Origin: an uncultured bacterium
GTDB taxonomy: Bacteria; Schekmanbacteria; GWA2-38-11; J061
Reading direction: 5' to 3'
DNA: 64,000 bases
Assembly (NCBI GenBank): GCA_964549305.1
Contig: CAZJVM010000001.1
Coordinates: forward strand, 46,164 to 110,163
In this document: in pieces, positions 11,501-21,816 of the stretch
How positions within the stretch are numbered: position 1 is the stretch's first letter
Layout of the letters: each line of letters starts with the position of its first letter
Program-made: the position numbers and the translations under genes
The notes under the pieces: model-generated
Databases searched by the model: none
Told to the model about the DNA's origin: nothing
The model's input: the letters and a program-made list of their open reading frames with translations, nothing else

Positions 11501-13728
11501 AAGAACCTGAAATAACCGATGAGCTTATAGAAAGTCACGGGCTTTCAAAGGAAGACTATTCAAGAATATGTGAAATACTTGGAAGAAAACCCGGTTATAC
11601 GGAGCTTGGAATATTTTCCGTAATGTGGAGTGAGCATTGCAGTTATAAAAGCTCAAAGCCCTATCTCAGAAACTTTCCCACTCAGGCGCCTTGGGTTGTT
11701 CAGGGACCGGGAGAAAATGCGGGAATAATAGACATAGGTGACGGACTGGTTGCCGTATTTAAAATTGAAAGCCATAATCATCCTTCCTTTATAGAGCCAT
11801 ATCAGGGTGCCGCAACGGGAGTAGGAGGAATTTTAAGAGATATTTTCACAATGGGCGCCAGACCGGTGGCTAATCTCAATTCCCTGCGCTTCGGAAATGT
11901 AAATAACCCAAGAACAAAATATATAATAGAGGAAGTCGTGGCGGGAATTGCCGGATACGGCAATTGCATGGGAATACCAACTGTTGGAGGAGAGGTCTAT
12001 TTTGATGATTGTTACGACAGCAATCCGCTCGTGAATGCTTTTACTCTTGGCATAGCGAAGAAGGACAATATTTTTTACGGTGTAGCAACGGGAGTCGGTA
12101 ATCCCGTAATCTACATTGGTTCAAAAACAGGGCGCGATGGAATACACGGTGCCACGATGGCATCGGAGGAGTTTGACGAGGGTTCTGAAGAGAGAAGACC
12201 TACGGTGCAGGTGGGTGACCCCTTTACTGAAAAACTTCTTCTCGAAGCGTGCCTTGAATTAATGTCGAAGAATTGCATTCTCGGTATACAGGATATGGGT
12301 GCAGCGGGATTGACCTGCTCTACGGCGGAAATGGCGGCGCGCGCGGATACAGGGATAGAGATTGAGCTGAACAAAGTGCCTTTGAGAGAAGAGGGAATGA
12401 TTCCCTATGAAATAATGCTTTCCGAATCACAGGAGAGAATGCTTCTTGTGACGGACAAGGGTAGGGAAGGCGAAGTGCTCGAAGTACTCAAAAAATGGGA
12501 CCTCGATGCGGCAGTTATCGGCGAAGTTACGGATACAGGGAAATTTACCGTAAAGCAAAACGGAAAAGTCGTTTCCGATATCCCCGTAAAATCACTGACC
12601 GATGACATTTCCTCGGGAAAAAGAGATGTTGAAAGACCGAAATGGATAGACGAGATGGAGTTGAAAGAGACGGAATATACCTTGAATCCGTCAGACGCGG
12701 AGAGGGTATTTGAAGAGATAATTCTATCACCGGATATTTTGAGCAGGGAATGGATTTATGACCAATATGACCATATGGTTGGAATAAATACAGTCGAGCT
12801 TCCGGGTTCGGATTCCGCAGTCATTCGTGTTGAAGAATCAGGCAAAGGGCTTGCAATCGCTCTTGACGGTAACGGCAGGTATTGCTTTATGAATCCCTAT
12901 GAGGGGGGGAAATCATCAGTCGCGGAATGTGCGAGAAATATATCCTGCACGGGTGCGCAACCTCTTGCCATCACAAATTGCCTTAATTTCGGAAACCCCG
13001 AAAGATCCGATGTGATGTGGCAGTTTTCAGAAGCAGTGCGCGGAATCATAGACGCCTGCAACAAGCTGAATACTCCTGTTACAGGCGGGAATGTGAGTTT
13101 TTACAATGAAACCATAGGCAAGGGAGTTTATCCCACTCCCGTTATAGGCATGGTTGGGGTTATAGACAATACTGAGAACAGATGCACTCAGGGTTTCAAA
13201 AACGAAGGAGATATTATTTTCCTTTTAGGTGAGAACCAAAGGGAAATGGGCGGAAGTCTCTATCAGAAATTTATTTGCAATGAAACGGCAGGTAAACTTC
13301 CTGTATGCAATCTTGATAAAGAAGTATCTCTTCATAACGTCTTAAGAGAGGCAATTTCGTCAAAGTTGATAAATGCCGCGCACGATTGTTCTGACGGAGG
13401 GTTGGCGACAACGCTTGCCGAAATGTGTTTTGCTTCTAAAAAAGGTCTTGGCGCGGAAATTAATATTGCGGAAGATATTCCACCCATTGCCGTACTTTTC
13501 GGCGAGGCGCAGTCGCGCGCCGTTGTGACCTGCCATGAAAATAATATGGAACAGCTCAAGGAATTGCTAAGTAAATTCCCGGTTAAAACGACAATAATCG
13601 GAAAGGTAGCGCGGGATGATTTAAAAATCAGAGTCTCATCTAAAGGAACTGATATCTCAATTGAAAAAAATGTTTCGAAACTCAGGGACAAATGGAAAGG
13701 CGGAGTTAAGAATCTTGTGGCAAAGTGA
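11497..13728 (+). CDS. purL: FGAM synthase subunit PurL (small type)
   Basis: [48 protein letters not shown]. Confidence 0.97.
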   Translation: MKEPEITDELIESHGLSKEDYSRICEILGRKPGYTELGIFSVMWSEHCSYKSSKPYLRNFPTQAPWVVQGPGENAGIIDIGDGLVAVFKIESHNHPSFIEPYQGAATGVGGILRDIFTMGARPVANLNSLRFGNVNNPRTKYIIEEVVAGIAGYGNCMGIPTVGGEVYFDDCYDSNPLVNAFTLGIAKKDNIFYGVATGVGNPVIYIGSKTGRDGIHGATMASEEFDEGSEERRPTVQVGDPFTEKLLLEACLELMSKNCILGIQDMGAAGLTCSTAEMAARADTGIEIELNKVPLREEGMIPYEIMLSESQERMLLVTDKGREGEVLEVLKKWDLDAAVIGEVTDTGKFTVKQNGKVVSDIPVKSLTDDISSGKRDVERPKWIDEMELKETEYTLNPSDAERVFEEIILSPDILSREWIYDQYDHMVGINTVELPGSDSAVIRVEESGKGLAIALDGNGRYCFMNPYEGGKSSVAECARNISCTGAQPLAITNCLNFGNPERSDVMWQFSEAVRGIIDACNKLNTPVTGGNVSFYNETIGKGVYPTPVIGMVGVIDNTENRCTQGFKNEGDIIFLLGENQREMGGSLYQKFICNETAGKLPVCNLDKEVSLHNVLREAISSKLINAAHDCSDGGLATTLAEMCFASKKGLGAEINIAEDIPPIAVLFGEAQSRAVVTCHENNMEQLKELLSKFPVKTTIIGKVARDDLKIRVSSKGTDISIEKNVSKLRDKWKGGVKNLVAK

Positions 13729-15124
13729 CAATAAAAAAGATGTCTTTCAGGAAAATTGCGGAGTATTCGGGATCTATAATCATTCCGAAGCGGCAAACCT
13801 CACATACCTTGGACTTTACGCGCTTCAGCACCGCGGTCAGGAAGGCGCCGGAATCTGCACATTCGACGAAACGGGACTTCATCATTCAAAGGCGCGTGGA
13901 CTTGTCGCCGAAATATTTACGGCTGAAAAATTGAGACGCCTCAGAGGCAATAAAGCGATAGGGCACAACCGCTACTCCACAACTGGACAGAGCAAGCTTA
14001 AAAACGTTCAGCCCTTTTACGCTAATTATTCATTCGGCAGCATAGCGATAGGGCACAACGGTAATATAGTAAACGCAAAATTGCTGCGGGAAAAACTTCA
14101 GGACAAAGGCGCTATCTTTCTTTCTTCAACTGACACCGAGGTTATCATTCATCTGATTGCGCAGTCATCGCAAAACAATATAATCGACCGTATCATAGAT
14201 TCTTTAAATCAGGTTACGGGAGCATATTCCCTCGTTATACTTACAAAAAACGAACTTATCGGTGTAAGAGATCCGCGTGGTTTCAGGCCTCTCGTAACCG
14301 GTGTCGTTGACGGCGCTCCTGTGCTTGCTTCGGAAACATGCGCGCTTGATTTGATAGGCGCGCAGGATGTAAGGGAAGTGGAAGCAGGAGAGATGATTAT
14401 TATCAATGACGAGGGTGTTCGCAGTATAAAGCCCTTTGAAAAGCTTAAAAGCTCGTTGTGCATATTCGAATTTATCTATTTTGCCAGACCCGACAGCAAA
14501 ATCTTCGGTCGAAGCGTCTATGATGTGCGAAAAGAATTCGGACGCCAGCTTGCCAGGGTAAATAAAGTGGCTGCGGATGTGGTAATTCCGGTGCCGGATT
14601 CCGGCGTAGTAGCGGCACTCGGTTATTCCGAGGAATCGGGAATCCCTTTTGATACGGGGTTGATACGCAATCACTATGTGGGAAGAACATTTATTGAACC
14701 TAAACAGGCAATAAGGCATTTCGGTGTCAAAATAAAATTAAATCCCGTGGAAAGTGTTATAAGGGGAAAGAGAGTTGTAATAATCGATGACAGCATCGTG
14801 CGCGGAACGACGAGTAAAAAAATTGTCAAGATGATACGTGACGCGGGAGCAAAGGAAGTGCATATGCGCATAAGTTCGCCTCCAACGGAATATCCCTGTT
14901 TTTACGGAATCGATACACCTACGAGGGGAGAATTAATCGCGTCCTTTAATGATATTGACCATATCAGGGATTTTATAAAAGCCGACTCACTTTCATATCT
15001 CGATATGAATGCCATGCAGAATACCGTACAAGATAACGGCGGACAATTCTGCAAGGCGTGTTTTACGGGAAAATATCCCGTTGAGCCGGTTAACGGTGAG
15101 AACAATCAGCTGAGACTGCTTTAA
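13715..15124 (+). CDS. purF: Amidophosphoribosyltransferase
   Basis: Propeptide then ENCGVFG nucleophile, LQHRGQE, PRPP loop [11 protein letters not shown], Fe-S cysteines (CIFE, CFYGID, FCKACF). TTG 13715 after GGAG is the likely start. Confidence 0.97.
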   Translation: MWQSDNKKDVFQENCGVFGIYNHSEAANLTYLGLYALQHRGQEGAGICTFDETGLHHSKARGLVAEIFTAEKLRRLRGNKAIGHNRYSTTGQSKLKNVQPFYANYSFGSIAIGHNGNIVNAKLLREKLQDKGAIFLSSTDTEVIIHLIAQSSQNNIIDRIIDSLNQVTGAYSLVILTKNELIGVRDPRGFRPLVTGVVDGAPVLASETCALDLIGAQDVREVEAGEMIIINDEGVRSIKPFEKLKSSLCIFEFIYFARPDSKIFGRSVYDVRKEFGRQLARVNKVAADVVIPVPDSGVVAALGYSEESGIPFDTGLIRNHYVGRTFIEPKQAIRHFGVKIKLNPVESVIRGKRVVIIDDSIVRGTTSKKIVKMIRDAGAKEVHMRISSPPTEYPCFYGIDTPTRGELIASFNDIDHIRDFIKADSLSYLDMNAMQNTVQDNGGQFCKACFTGKYPVEPVNGENNQLRLL

Positions 15125-15134
15125 CCTTCTTCAA

Positions 15135-15968
15135 CTACGAATGCATTTTTCTTGAATACTCCGAGCAAAACTCCGCCCCGATAATGATGATTGCGCAGGA
15201 TATGTAAATCCATCCCATAGTTGCAATCAAGGTCGCGACCGGTCCGAAAAGAAGCTGATAGTCGGTGAAATAGGTTGTTACGAAGACTATATAGCAGTAA
15301 AGAAAAAATACCCAGATTACAGTTGTGATTATGGTAGTTGTCAGTATTTCCCGGAATGTGACAAAGGTGTTCGGAAGAAATTTATAGAAAGAAAGAAAAA
15401 GAAGAAAAGCTGTTGTGGAAGTAAGTATGATATTGGTCACATCCTGCATTGGAATAATCTTGTAAAGATTGTCTGGCAGAAGAGGAAGCTTGCTTATAAA
15501 TAGAAGTAGCGAAGTTGAAGAAATCGAGACAAGCATTATCACCCCTGTAATAAACATAAGCACCACGGAAAGAAACTTTTTCCGGATGAAATGCCTTTCT
15601 GATTTCACTTTCCACGCTTTATTTACCGCTTCCTCAAGGGCAGTAAAAAAATAAACCGCCGGCCAGATTAAAATTACGAGTCCGATGATTCCGAGCTTTT
15701 GTTTTAATTCCACTGTGTAATCTATGGTTTTAATTATAGATGGCTTTATTGTGGGAAAAACGTCCTGAAAGAAATTCTGGGCATTATTTTTGATTTCCGG
15801 TGAATCGATGATAAACCCCAGTACGGAAAAGAAGATAAGGATTAAGGGGAAAAGTGAAAAAAAAGCGTAAAATGCAAGCGCTGCCGCCCTTGTCGCTCCT
15901 TCATTTTCTATGGTGTTTTTTATTGCAGTTCTATAGATGGATAGAATATTTAAAATCTTTTTGAGCAT
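15135..15968 (-). CDS. YihY/BrkB family membrane protein
   Basis: AAALAFYAFFSLFPL, ALEEAVNKAW, FYKFLP, FGP.....MGWIY, IIGAEF. ORF track extends to 16031. Confidence 0.88.
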   Translation of the reverse strand: MLKKILNILSIYRTAIKNTIENEGATRAAALAFYAFFSLFPLILIFFSVLGFIIDSPEIKNNAQNFFQDVFPTIKPSIIKTIDYTVELKQKLGIIGLVILIWPAVYFFTALEEAVNKAWKVKSERHFIRKKFLSVVLMFITGVIMLVSISSTSLLLFISKLPLLPDNLYKIIPMQDVTNIILTSTTAFLLFLSFYKFLPNTFVTFREILTTTIITTVIWVFFLYCYIVFVTTYFTDYQLLFGPVATLIATMGWIYISCAIIIIGAEFCSEYSRKMHS

Positions 15969-16394
15969 AATAAAATAGATTATGAAATAAAAATAAAAAC
16001 CGGTTTCTGAAACTGTAAAAGCATATATCAAAAAGAATGAAGTTTATGGCAACAGAGTATAATGACTGAAAGTGCAAGTTGTCAATAATCATAAAAATAA
16101 AAACCGGGCAAACAATTTGTAGCTTATAAAAGCATCAGAGGGTGTCAGGAAGAAAGCATATTCTATATCAATCATTTGTTGCTCACAGCGACGATAAATG
16201 GTTTGTAAATACAGCAGGTTAGCTATCATTGCTATGTCCTTTAAATGATTGTTTGCTATGCTATCTAATTGATTTATCAATAAATAAATTGTTTTTTCGC
16301 GGTAAAAAAAATATTTTATTGGATATGAGATTAAAGGTTTTTAAGGAAAGTGGCGACAATATATGGTATAAATGCTGCTAATGGGGGAGGTGGC

Positions 16395-16841
16395 ATGAAA
16401 AAAATATCGCTTAAAAAATCTGAAGACGCGTTTACACTTGTAGAAATTCTTGTTGCCATAGTAATCCTTTCTGTAGGACTTCTCTCAATAGCAAGTTTGG
16501 TTACAACTGTTATCAGGGGTAACGCAAAGAGCAGGCGAATGACTACGGCAATAACTCTTGCGCAAACGAAAATAGAAGAGTTGAAAAATCTGGATTATGA
16601 CGATAGCAAACTCGAAGATTCAAATACGGGCAACAATTCAAGCCTTACAAGCACATCATCCACTGACCACAGCGAAGCGGATATAGACGCGGAAGGGGGA
16701 ACAGGGGGAATTTATACGAGAATATGGAATGTTGCCGATGACACTCCTTCAACGAATATGAAAACTATTACGGTTATCATAAAGTGGGAAGAAAAGGGCA
16801 AGGAAAGAAAGACTGCGTTTACAACTATAATATCGGAATGA
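16395..16841 (+). CDS. pilV: Type IV minor pilin, PilV-like
   Basis: Class III signal A|FTLVEILVAIVILSVGLL, A..LAQ.KIEEL, C-terminal YTRIWNV...K.ITV.I.W; ATG 16395 after GGAGG. Confidence 0.88.
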   Translation: MKKISLKKSEDAFTLVEILVAIVILSVGLLSIASLVTTVIRGNAKSRRMTTAITLAQTKIEELKNLDYDDSKLEDSNTGNNSSLTSTSSTDHSEADIDAEGGTGGIYTRIWNVADDTPSTNMKTITVIIKWEEKGKERKTAFTTIISE

Positions 16842-16850
16842 GGATGAAAA

Positions 16851-17756
16851 GTGCGCGTGAAAAATAACAGGAATGGATTTACGCTTATAGAGTTGATGGT
16901 GTCGATACTTCTCGCATCTATACTTATGGTTACATTTTATACTCTTCTTACCAGTCAGCAGAGAACATACAACAGTCAGGATTTGATTGTTGAAATGCAG
17001 CAAAATGTGAGGACGGCAATGGATACTTTGACGAGGGAATTCAGGTCAATCGGATACGGAGTGCCTACTGCCGACACCCCTTCGGAAATTGCCGTTATAA
17101 GCAGCGCGACGGAAAACACCATAACCTTTCTCGTTGACCTTGATAATGTGAAGGCGACACTTACTGCCGACTACACGGCAGGAAATACTACTCTTTCCGT
17201 TGACACGGTGTCGGAGACATCTTCCGACAGTTATTATGGCAATTTTTCCGCAGGTGATACAATATATATAACTGACGGAAGCAAGTGGGAAGCCACTGAC
17301 GTGTCATCTACTTCCCAGGGGAGTTTGGGTATCGGGGCTTTAACCAATGATTTTTCCCAGGGGTCGGTGCTTCACGTAATCAACACAATTACGTATGCCC
17401 AGAATCCATCCGACCACAAACATTCGACTGATGCGCCAACCATTAAATTGACGCGGTCTGTTGACGGAAGCACGGCACAACCGGTAGTCGATGACATTGA
17501 TTATCTTGAATTCAAATACTATGATGATTCGGACAGTCAGGTCGGTTCAGCGACTCCATACAAGAGTGTAAGTTTATCTTCCGGTGATGTAGGCGACGTA
17601 AGGAAAATAAAAGTTCTTTTTATCGCGCGAACATCGAGAGAAGATCCAAGCTACTCGAGTTCCGGGGTCTATAACTGCGGCGACAAATACAGCGACCAAT
17701 ATCACAGATTAACACTGGAATCGGAAATAAAATTAAGAAATGCAGGATTGGAATGA
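16851..17756 (+). CDS. pilW: Type IV minor pilin, PilW-like
   Basis: G|FTLIELMVS, MQQNVRTAMD.L.REFRSIGY, LEFKYYD, C-terminal IKLRN. Confidence 0.88.
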   Translation: MRVKNNRNGFTLIELMVSILLASILMVTFYTLLTSQQRTYNSQDLIVEMQQNVRTAMDTLTREFRSIGYGVPTADTPSEIAVISSATENTITFLVDLDNVKATLTADYTAGNTTLSVDTVSETSSDSYYGNFSAGDTIYITDGSKWEATDVSSTSQGSLGIGALTNDFSQGSVLHVINTITYAQNPSDHKHSTDAPTIKLTRSVDGSTAQPVVDDIDYLEFKYYDDSDSQVGSATPYKSVSLSSGDVGDVRKIKVLFIARTSREDPSYSSSGVYNCGDKYSDQYHRLTLESEIKLRNAGLE

Positions 17757-17757
17757 T

Positions 17758-18819
17758 ATGAAAAATAACAAAATGTTAAGCAATGAGTCGGGATTTGTCC
17801 TTGCACTTGCAATGTTTCTTCTTGCTATTCTCACTGTGATCGGTCTCGGCGCGATTTTGATTACATCGACAGAGCTTAAGATATCGGGGAATCTCAGAAC
17901 TGCTACCGATGCCCTGTATGTGGCAGAGGGAGGTATGGAAATTACTGAAGGAAAATTGAAGGCAAACGCAGTGAGCAATTTTGCAGGAACAAGCGGGACA
18001 ACAAGCAATACGCAGATTTATGTCGTAGGAAAATCACCTAAAAACACCATTAAAAATCCTTTAAACTGGGTTGACACAAGCTGGTATATAGATTCGGATA
18101 TGACCACGCCCCTGTCCGAGGGCAATGCGGAAACCGTGACTGCTCTTTATAACAAATATACTATTGGTTCCGGGGAAGCCAATATTACACTGCCAAGACC
18201 TCAGTGGTTGTGGGTAAATCCCACGATTGTGGCGTTCAGAAACGTCAGGTCCACATTCTCGGGAACAAATGCCAAAAAAGTGGAAGCGGATATTGAAATA
18301 AGATTTGAAAATAATCTCCTTTCCTTTCAGGTGTTCAAAGACCCTTCTGACGGTGTATCCGATGTTGACAATATTTCCAACAACAATGTTATAATAGGAG
18401 GTACAGGTTATGATTTTGGAATCGATCCTGCATTAAGCAAGATTACGGGAATTTGCACGAACGATAACAGTACGAAAGCTATTATAATTTATAGGGATGG
18501 GGACAACAATTTAGCGACTTCAGACTGGACAATAGTCGGAGAACCGGAGATTAACACGACTAACAGTACATTTTGCCTCAGCAATGCGAGAGGTTACAGA
18601 TATACAGCTTTGGGTGGTGCCGGGTCAAAAGAACCGGTAGCGGTTTTAAGCGCAAGCGAATATATTCCCGATACTACGGGCGCGCCTGTTTTGTCAATCA
18701 GTAACGGGGAAATTTACAAGGTTGAACTTGTCGATATATCTATGCTTTCACGAAGTGCCGGAAATCCGGCGGGTTCATCGGCAGGAAGCTGGGTGTCGAA
18801 TACTTATAATCAATGGTAA
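17758..18819 (+). CDS. pilX: Type IV minor pilin, PilX-like
   Basis: NESG|FVLALAM (no Glu5), ELKISGN....ALYVAEGG, typical of the PilX N-terminal domain; third gene of a V-W-X cluster. Confidence 0.85.
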   Translation: MKNNKMLSNESGFVLALAMFLLAILTVIGLGAILITSTELKISGNLRTATDALYVAEGGMEITEGKLKANAVSNFAGTSGTTSNTQIYVVGKSPKNTIKNPLNWVDTSWYIDSDMTTPLSEGNAETVTALYNKYTIGSGEANITLPRPQWLWVNPTIVAFRNVRSTFSGTNAKKVEADIEIRFENNLLSFQVFKDPSDGVSDVDNISNNNVIIGGTGYDFGIDPALSKITGICTNDNSTKAIIIYRDGDNNLATSDWTIVGEPEINTTNSTFCLSNARGYRYTALGGAGSKEPVAVLSASEYIPDTTGAPVLSISNGEIYKVELVDISMLSRSAGNPAGSSAGSWVSNTYNQW

Positions 18820-18843
18820 ACAAAAATATTAAAGGAGAATAAA

Positions 18844-19041
18844 ATGTTTAAAAATCTGATTTGGGTTTTAATGACTTTTCTGGCATTAGCGGTTGTAATA
18901 ACCTTTTCAACAGTGACAACGCGTGCCGATTCTGATACAAATTCAGCGAGTAATATGAATGCTCCGGTAAACGGCGCGCAGGGGACAGGCACCAATGCCG
19001 AGCCGAACTCGACAATAAAAAACTGGCACGAAGTAAATTAA
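18844..19041 (+). CDS. Small secreted peptide 1 (signal peptide + ~37-aa mature part ending TIKNWHEVN)
   Basis: RBS AAGGAG, Sec-type signal ending TRA, paralogous to the next ORF. Confidence 0.8.
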   Translation: MFKNLIWVLMTFLALAVVITFSTVTTRADSDTNSASNMNAPVNGAQGTGTNAEPNSTIKNWHEVN

Positions 19042-19084
19042 TGATGTATTTGTATAAATAAGATATATAAGAACGGAGGTTAAA

Positions 19085-19267
19085 ATGGCAAAAATAGTTA
19101 AAATGGTTTTGATATTACTCGTGTCAGGATTGATGAGCGCAACATTTACATTTGCAGTTACCACAAATTCAGACAGCAACTCAAACGCGAATGTTAATGG
19201 AGGAGGCGGACAGACTCAGCCATTTACGCCTTCTACTACAATAAAGAACTGGCACGAAGTCAAATAA
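19085..19267 (+). CDS. Small secreted peptide 2 (signal peptide + ~36-aa mature part ending TIKNWHEVK)
   Basis: RBS GGAGGT, Sec-type signal ending TFA; mature part aligns without gaps to peptide 1. Confidence 0.8.
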   Translation: MAKIVKMVLILLVSGLMSATFTFAVTTNSDSNSNANVNGGGGQTQPFTPSTTIKNWHEVK

Positions 19268-19370
19268 TTCAAATATTCCTGCATACATATAAGTAAATTT
19301 TACGTTGCGGACTGTCACTATAGTTGATTATCCCAACCGTTCACTTATTGTTCAGGCAGAGAGTCTAATA

Positions 19371-20291
19371 TTGAAGAAATTCCTTTTTCTTTTATTTCTT
19401 GTCATAGTCACGGCATTTTCAGGGTGTCACCGCATAAGCGATAATGAGCTTAGTGACGTGGAGTCCGCAATAGAGTCAAAAGATTACAATCGTGCTTTGA
19501 CAACTCTTTCACAACTCGCGGAAAAATATAAGGGAGATGCAATTGTCCATTATCTTTCGGGATACTGCTTTTTAAAAAAAGAAGACAACGAAGCGGCACT
19601 CAAAGCATTCAAAAGGACTTTTGATATAAGAAAAAATTACTCCGCAATGGTAGGTGATGTTGATGTGGCGAATTTTCTCGCCGGAAACAGTTTGTCGGCG
19701 GAAAACCCTTTCTTCAAGGGAGCGATGAGAGAACTCGATACGATTATAAGCAAAAACAGCGGGGGCGAAACGGAAGAAAGAATTCGCTATCACAAGGCAT
19801 CGCTTCTTCTTTTAAAAGACAAATATGATAAAGCAATCGATGAACTTGAAAAGATAATTGAAAATAAAGTAGTGTCTCCTTATGATGCAAAAGCATATTT
19901 GAAAATTGGAGAAATCACCGCTCAATATTTACAAAATGAAGATAAGGGACTTAGTATTATCAGCGCGCTTATTGACAAATATCCCAATGACAGGGAAACT
20001 TTGGCAGAGTCAATGATTTGGATTGCAGAATATAAGATTAAACGCGCGAATATGCTTAAAAAGAGGATCGAATCCCTCGAAGATTTTATCGAGTCATGGA
20101 AAGGGATAAAAGGGTTTCAGGAGGATATCAAAGAGGCAGTTGTGCAGATAGGGTCCGATAGTAAAAGCAGAAACAAATGTATTGCTGAAGCAAAGGAATA
20201 TATTGATAAAATCAACAGGGAATATGCGGGAAGCAATTTTGCCGAAAGGACAAAAATGCTTTTAAGTGGCCTAAATGCAGTTAACCGGTAA
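19371..20291 (+). CDS. TPR-repeat lipoprotein
   Basis: Lipobox FSGC after a hydrophobic stretch; TPR-like helices (HYLSGYCFL...AALKAFKR, AYLKIGEI). TTG 19371 is the likely start. Confidence 0.75.
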   Translation: MKKFLFLLFLVIVTAFSGCHRISDNELSDVESAIESKDYNRALTTLSQLAEKYKGDAIVHYLSGYCFLKKEDNEAALKAFKRTFDIRKNYSAMVGDVDVANFLAGNSLSAENPFFKGAMRELDTIISKNSGGETEERIRYHKASLLLLKDKYDKAIDELEKIIENKVVSPYDAKAYLKIGEITAQYLQNEDKGLSIISALIDKYPNDRETLAESMIWIAEYKIKRANMLKKRIESLEDFIESWKGIKGFQEDIKEAVVQIGSDSKSRNKCIAEAKEYIDKINREYAGSNFAERTKMLLSGLNAVNR

Positions 20292-21792
20292 AGGGTTCAC
20301 TGTGAAAGATGCAAATCTGAAAACAAAAATCACAAAATACCTCCTTGTGGCAATGACACTTCTTTTTCTTTTCTTTCTCCTGTTCAACATTCAGTATTCA
20401 TATGAGGGGATAGTAGGTTACGACGGTTATTACCACATTAAAATAGCAAAAAATATGGGAGAGAAAGGAGTTCTATCTCCCGATGCGTCGCTGATGTATC
20501 TTCCGGGAGGTGAGCAATTTGTTGACCATCACTACCTCTATCACATACTGCTTATACCATTCACCTTTTCCAATCTCATTGACGGTGCCAAGAATTCGGC
20601 TATATTTTTTGATATGCTTCTGCTGATGGTTTTATCGTATATTTTGATAAAGCTTGATGTTAAAAATCCATATCTCTGGATTCTTGTACTCTTCTCTTTG
20701 TCTGAAACGTTTATCTTCAGGTTGTCTCTTCCGCGCGCAACTATACCTTCGCTAATAATCCTCATTTTAGCCTGGTATTTTATGATAAAGGAAAAATATA
20801 TTCCTCTGGCAGGATTATCCTTACTTTTCCCGAGTTTCTACGGAGGATATACGGCGATTTTTATACCTCTCTCTGCTGTCATATGTTCTGTATATATAAG
20901 GAATAAACGATTTAATTACAAAGTGGTTATTGCTGTTATATCAGGTGTTACATTAGGTAATATAATTAATCCTTTTTTTCCCGACAACCTGAAATTTATC
21001 TATCTTCAGACTACTTCTGCGGGACTTTTCAGAGTGGCAAGAGGTGGTTCGGAGTGGATGTCATTTGCGCCGGAAGAATTTATAAGGACGCAGTTTGCTT
21101 TTATCTTTCTTTTTTTGGTTACGCTTTATATTGCGGCAATTGACGACAAAAAGATGAATAAGGAGGCATTGTCCCTTTTCTTTATCTCCCTTCCTTTGAT
21201 TGCAATCAGTTTTTTCTGGCGAAGATTTATAGAATTGTCGGTGCCCTTTTCATTGCTCTTTTCGGCAACGGTTTTCAGAGATTGCACTTTGGATAATATT
21301 ACGGGATTTAGTAAGGGGGGTAAAAAAATATCGTCTGCTCTCGTGATATTCCTCACGGTCTTTTTCAGCGCGGGGAGTTATTATACGGCAAAATCGGCAA
21401 CCGAGGAGATTAAATCGGATTTTCGTTCTCCCGGAAGGTACAGTCAGGGAGCAAAATGGATTTACGAAAATGCTCCGGGAATACCTGTGTATCTTACCGA
21501 TTGGGATGACTATCCGGAACTCTATTTTTATAATTCCTTTAATAGGTATCTTATAGGTCTTGACCCCGCGTTTCTCTATATTTATGATAAAGAAATGTAT
21601 AAAATATGGATAGAAATTAATGCCGGAAAATATAAGGGCGATTTAAAGAAGGCGTTTACTGAAGTATTTAAAACCCCGCTAATATTTACTGACAATACTC
21701 ACGGTGATTTTGTAAGATATAGTTCCGGATATGATTGGATTAAATTGCGATACAGCGATTCCTATTGTAAAATATACAGCATTATTCCCTGA
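20275..21792 (+). CDS. Polytopic GT-C fold glycosyltransferase, STT3/AglB-like
   Basis: DGYYH after TM1, many TM segments, SEW loop, soluble C-domain AKWIYEN..VYLTDWDDYP. Confidence 0.6.
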   Translation: MQLTGKGFTVKDANLKTKITKYLLVAMTLLFLFFLLFNIQYSYEGIVGYDGYYHIKIAKNMGEKGVLSPDASLMYLPGGEQFVDHHYLYHILLIPFTFSNLIDGAKNSAIFFDMLLLMVLSYILIKLDVKNPYLWILVLFSLSETFIFRLSLPRATIPSLIILILAWYFMIKEKYIPLAGLSLLFPSFYGGYTAIFIPLSAVICSVYIRNKRFNYKVVIAVISGVTLGNIINPFFPDNLKFIYLQTTSAGLFRVARGGSEWMSFAPEEFIRTQFAFIFLFLVTLYIAAIDDKKMNKEALSLFFISLPLIAISFFWRRFIELSVPFSLLFSATVFRDCTLDNITGFSKGGKKISSALVIFLTVFFSAGSYYTAKSATEEIKSDFRSPGRYSQGAKWIYENAPGIPVYLTDWDDYPELYFYNSFNRYLIGLDPAFLYIYDKEMYKIWIEINAGKYKGDLKKAFTEVFKTPLIFTDNTHGDFVRYSSGYDWIKLRYSDSYCKIYSIIP

Positions 21793-21816
21793 CTATGCCG
21801 TTACGGAGGAAATGAA

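Noticed and set aside
16050-16350. Possible sigma54 site (GGGCAAACAATTTGT) and GCTAT repeats upstream of pilV
   Set aside because: The -12 GC is not conserved and the repeats are short and irregular in AT-rich DNA.
19021-19260. CTGGCACGAAGT occurs twice and resembles a sigma54 -24 box or a DNA repeat
   Set aside because: No TTGC at -12; it simply encodes the conserved W-H-E-V of the two peptides. Two copies only, so not a CRISPR array.
18844-19267. Peptides as RiPP precursors
   Set aside because: They have Sec signal peptides rather than RiPP leaders, and no radical SAM, YcaO, lanthipeptide or peptidase-transporter genes are nearby.
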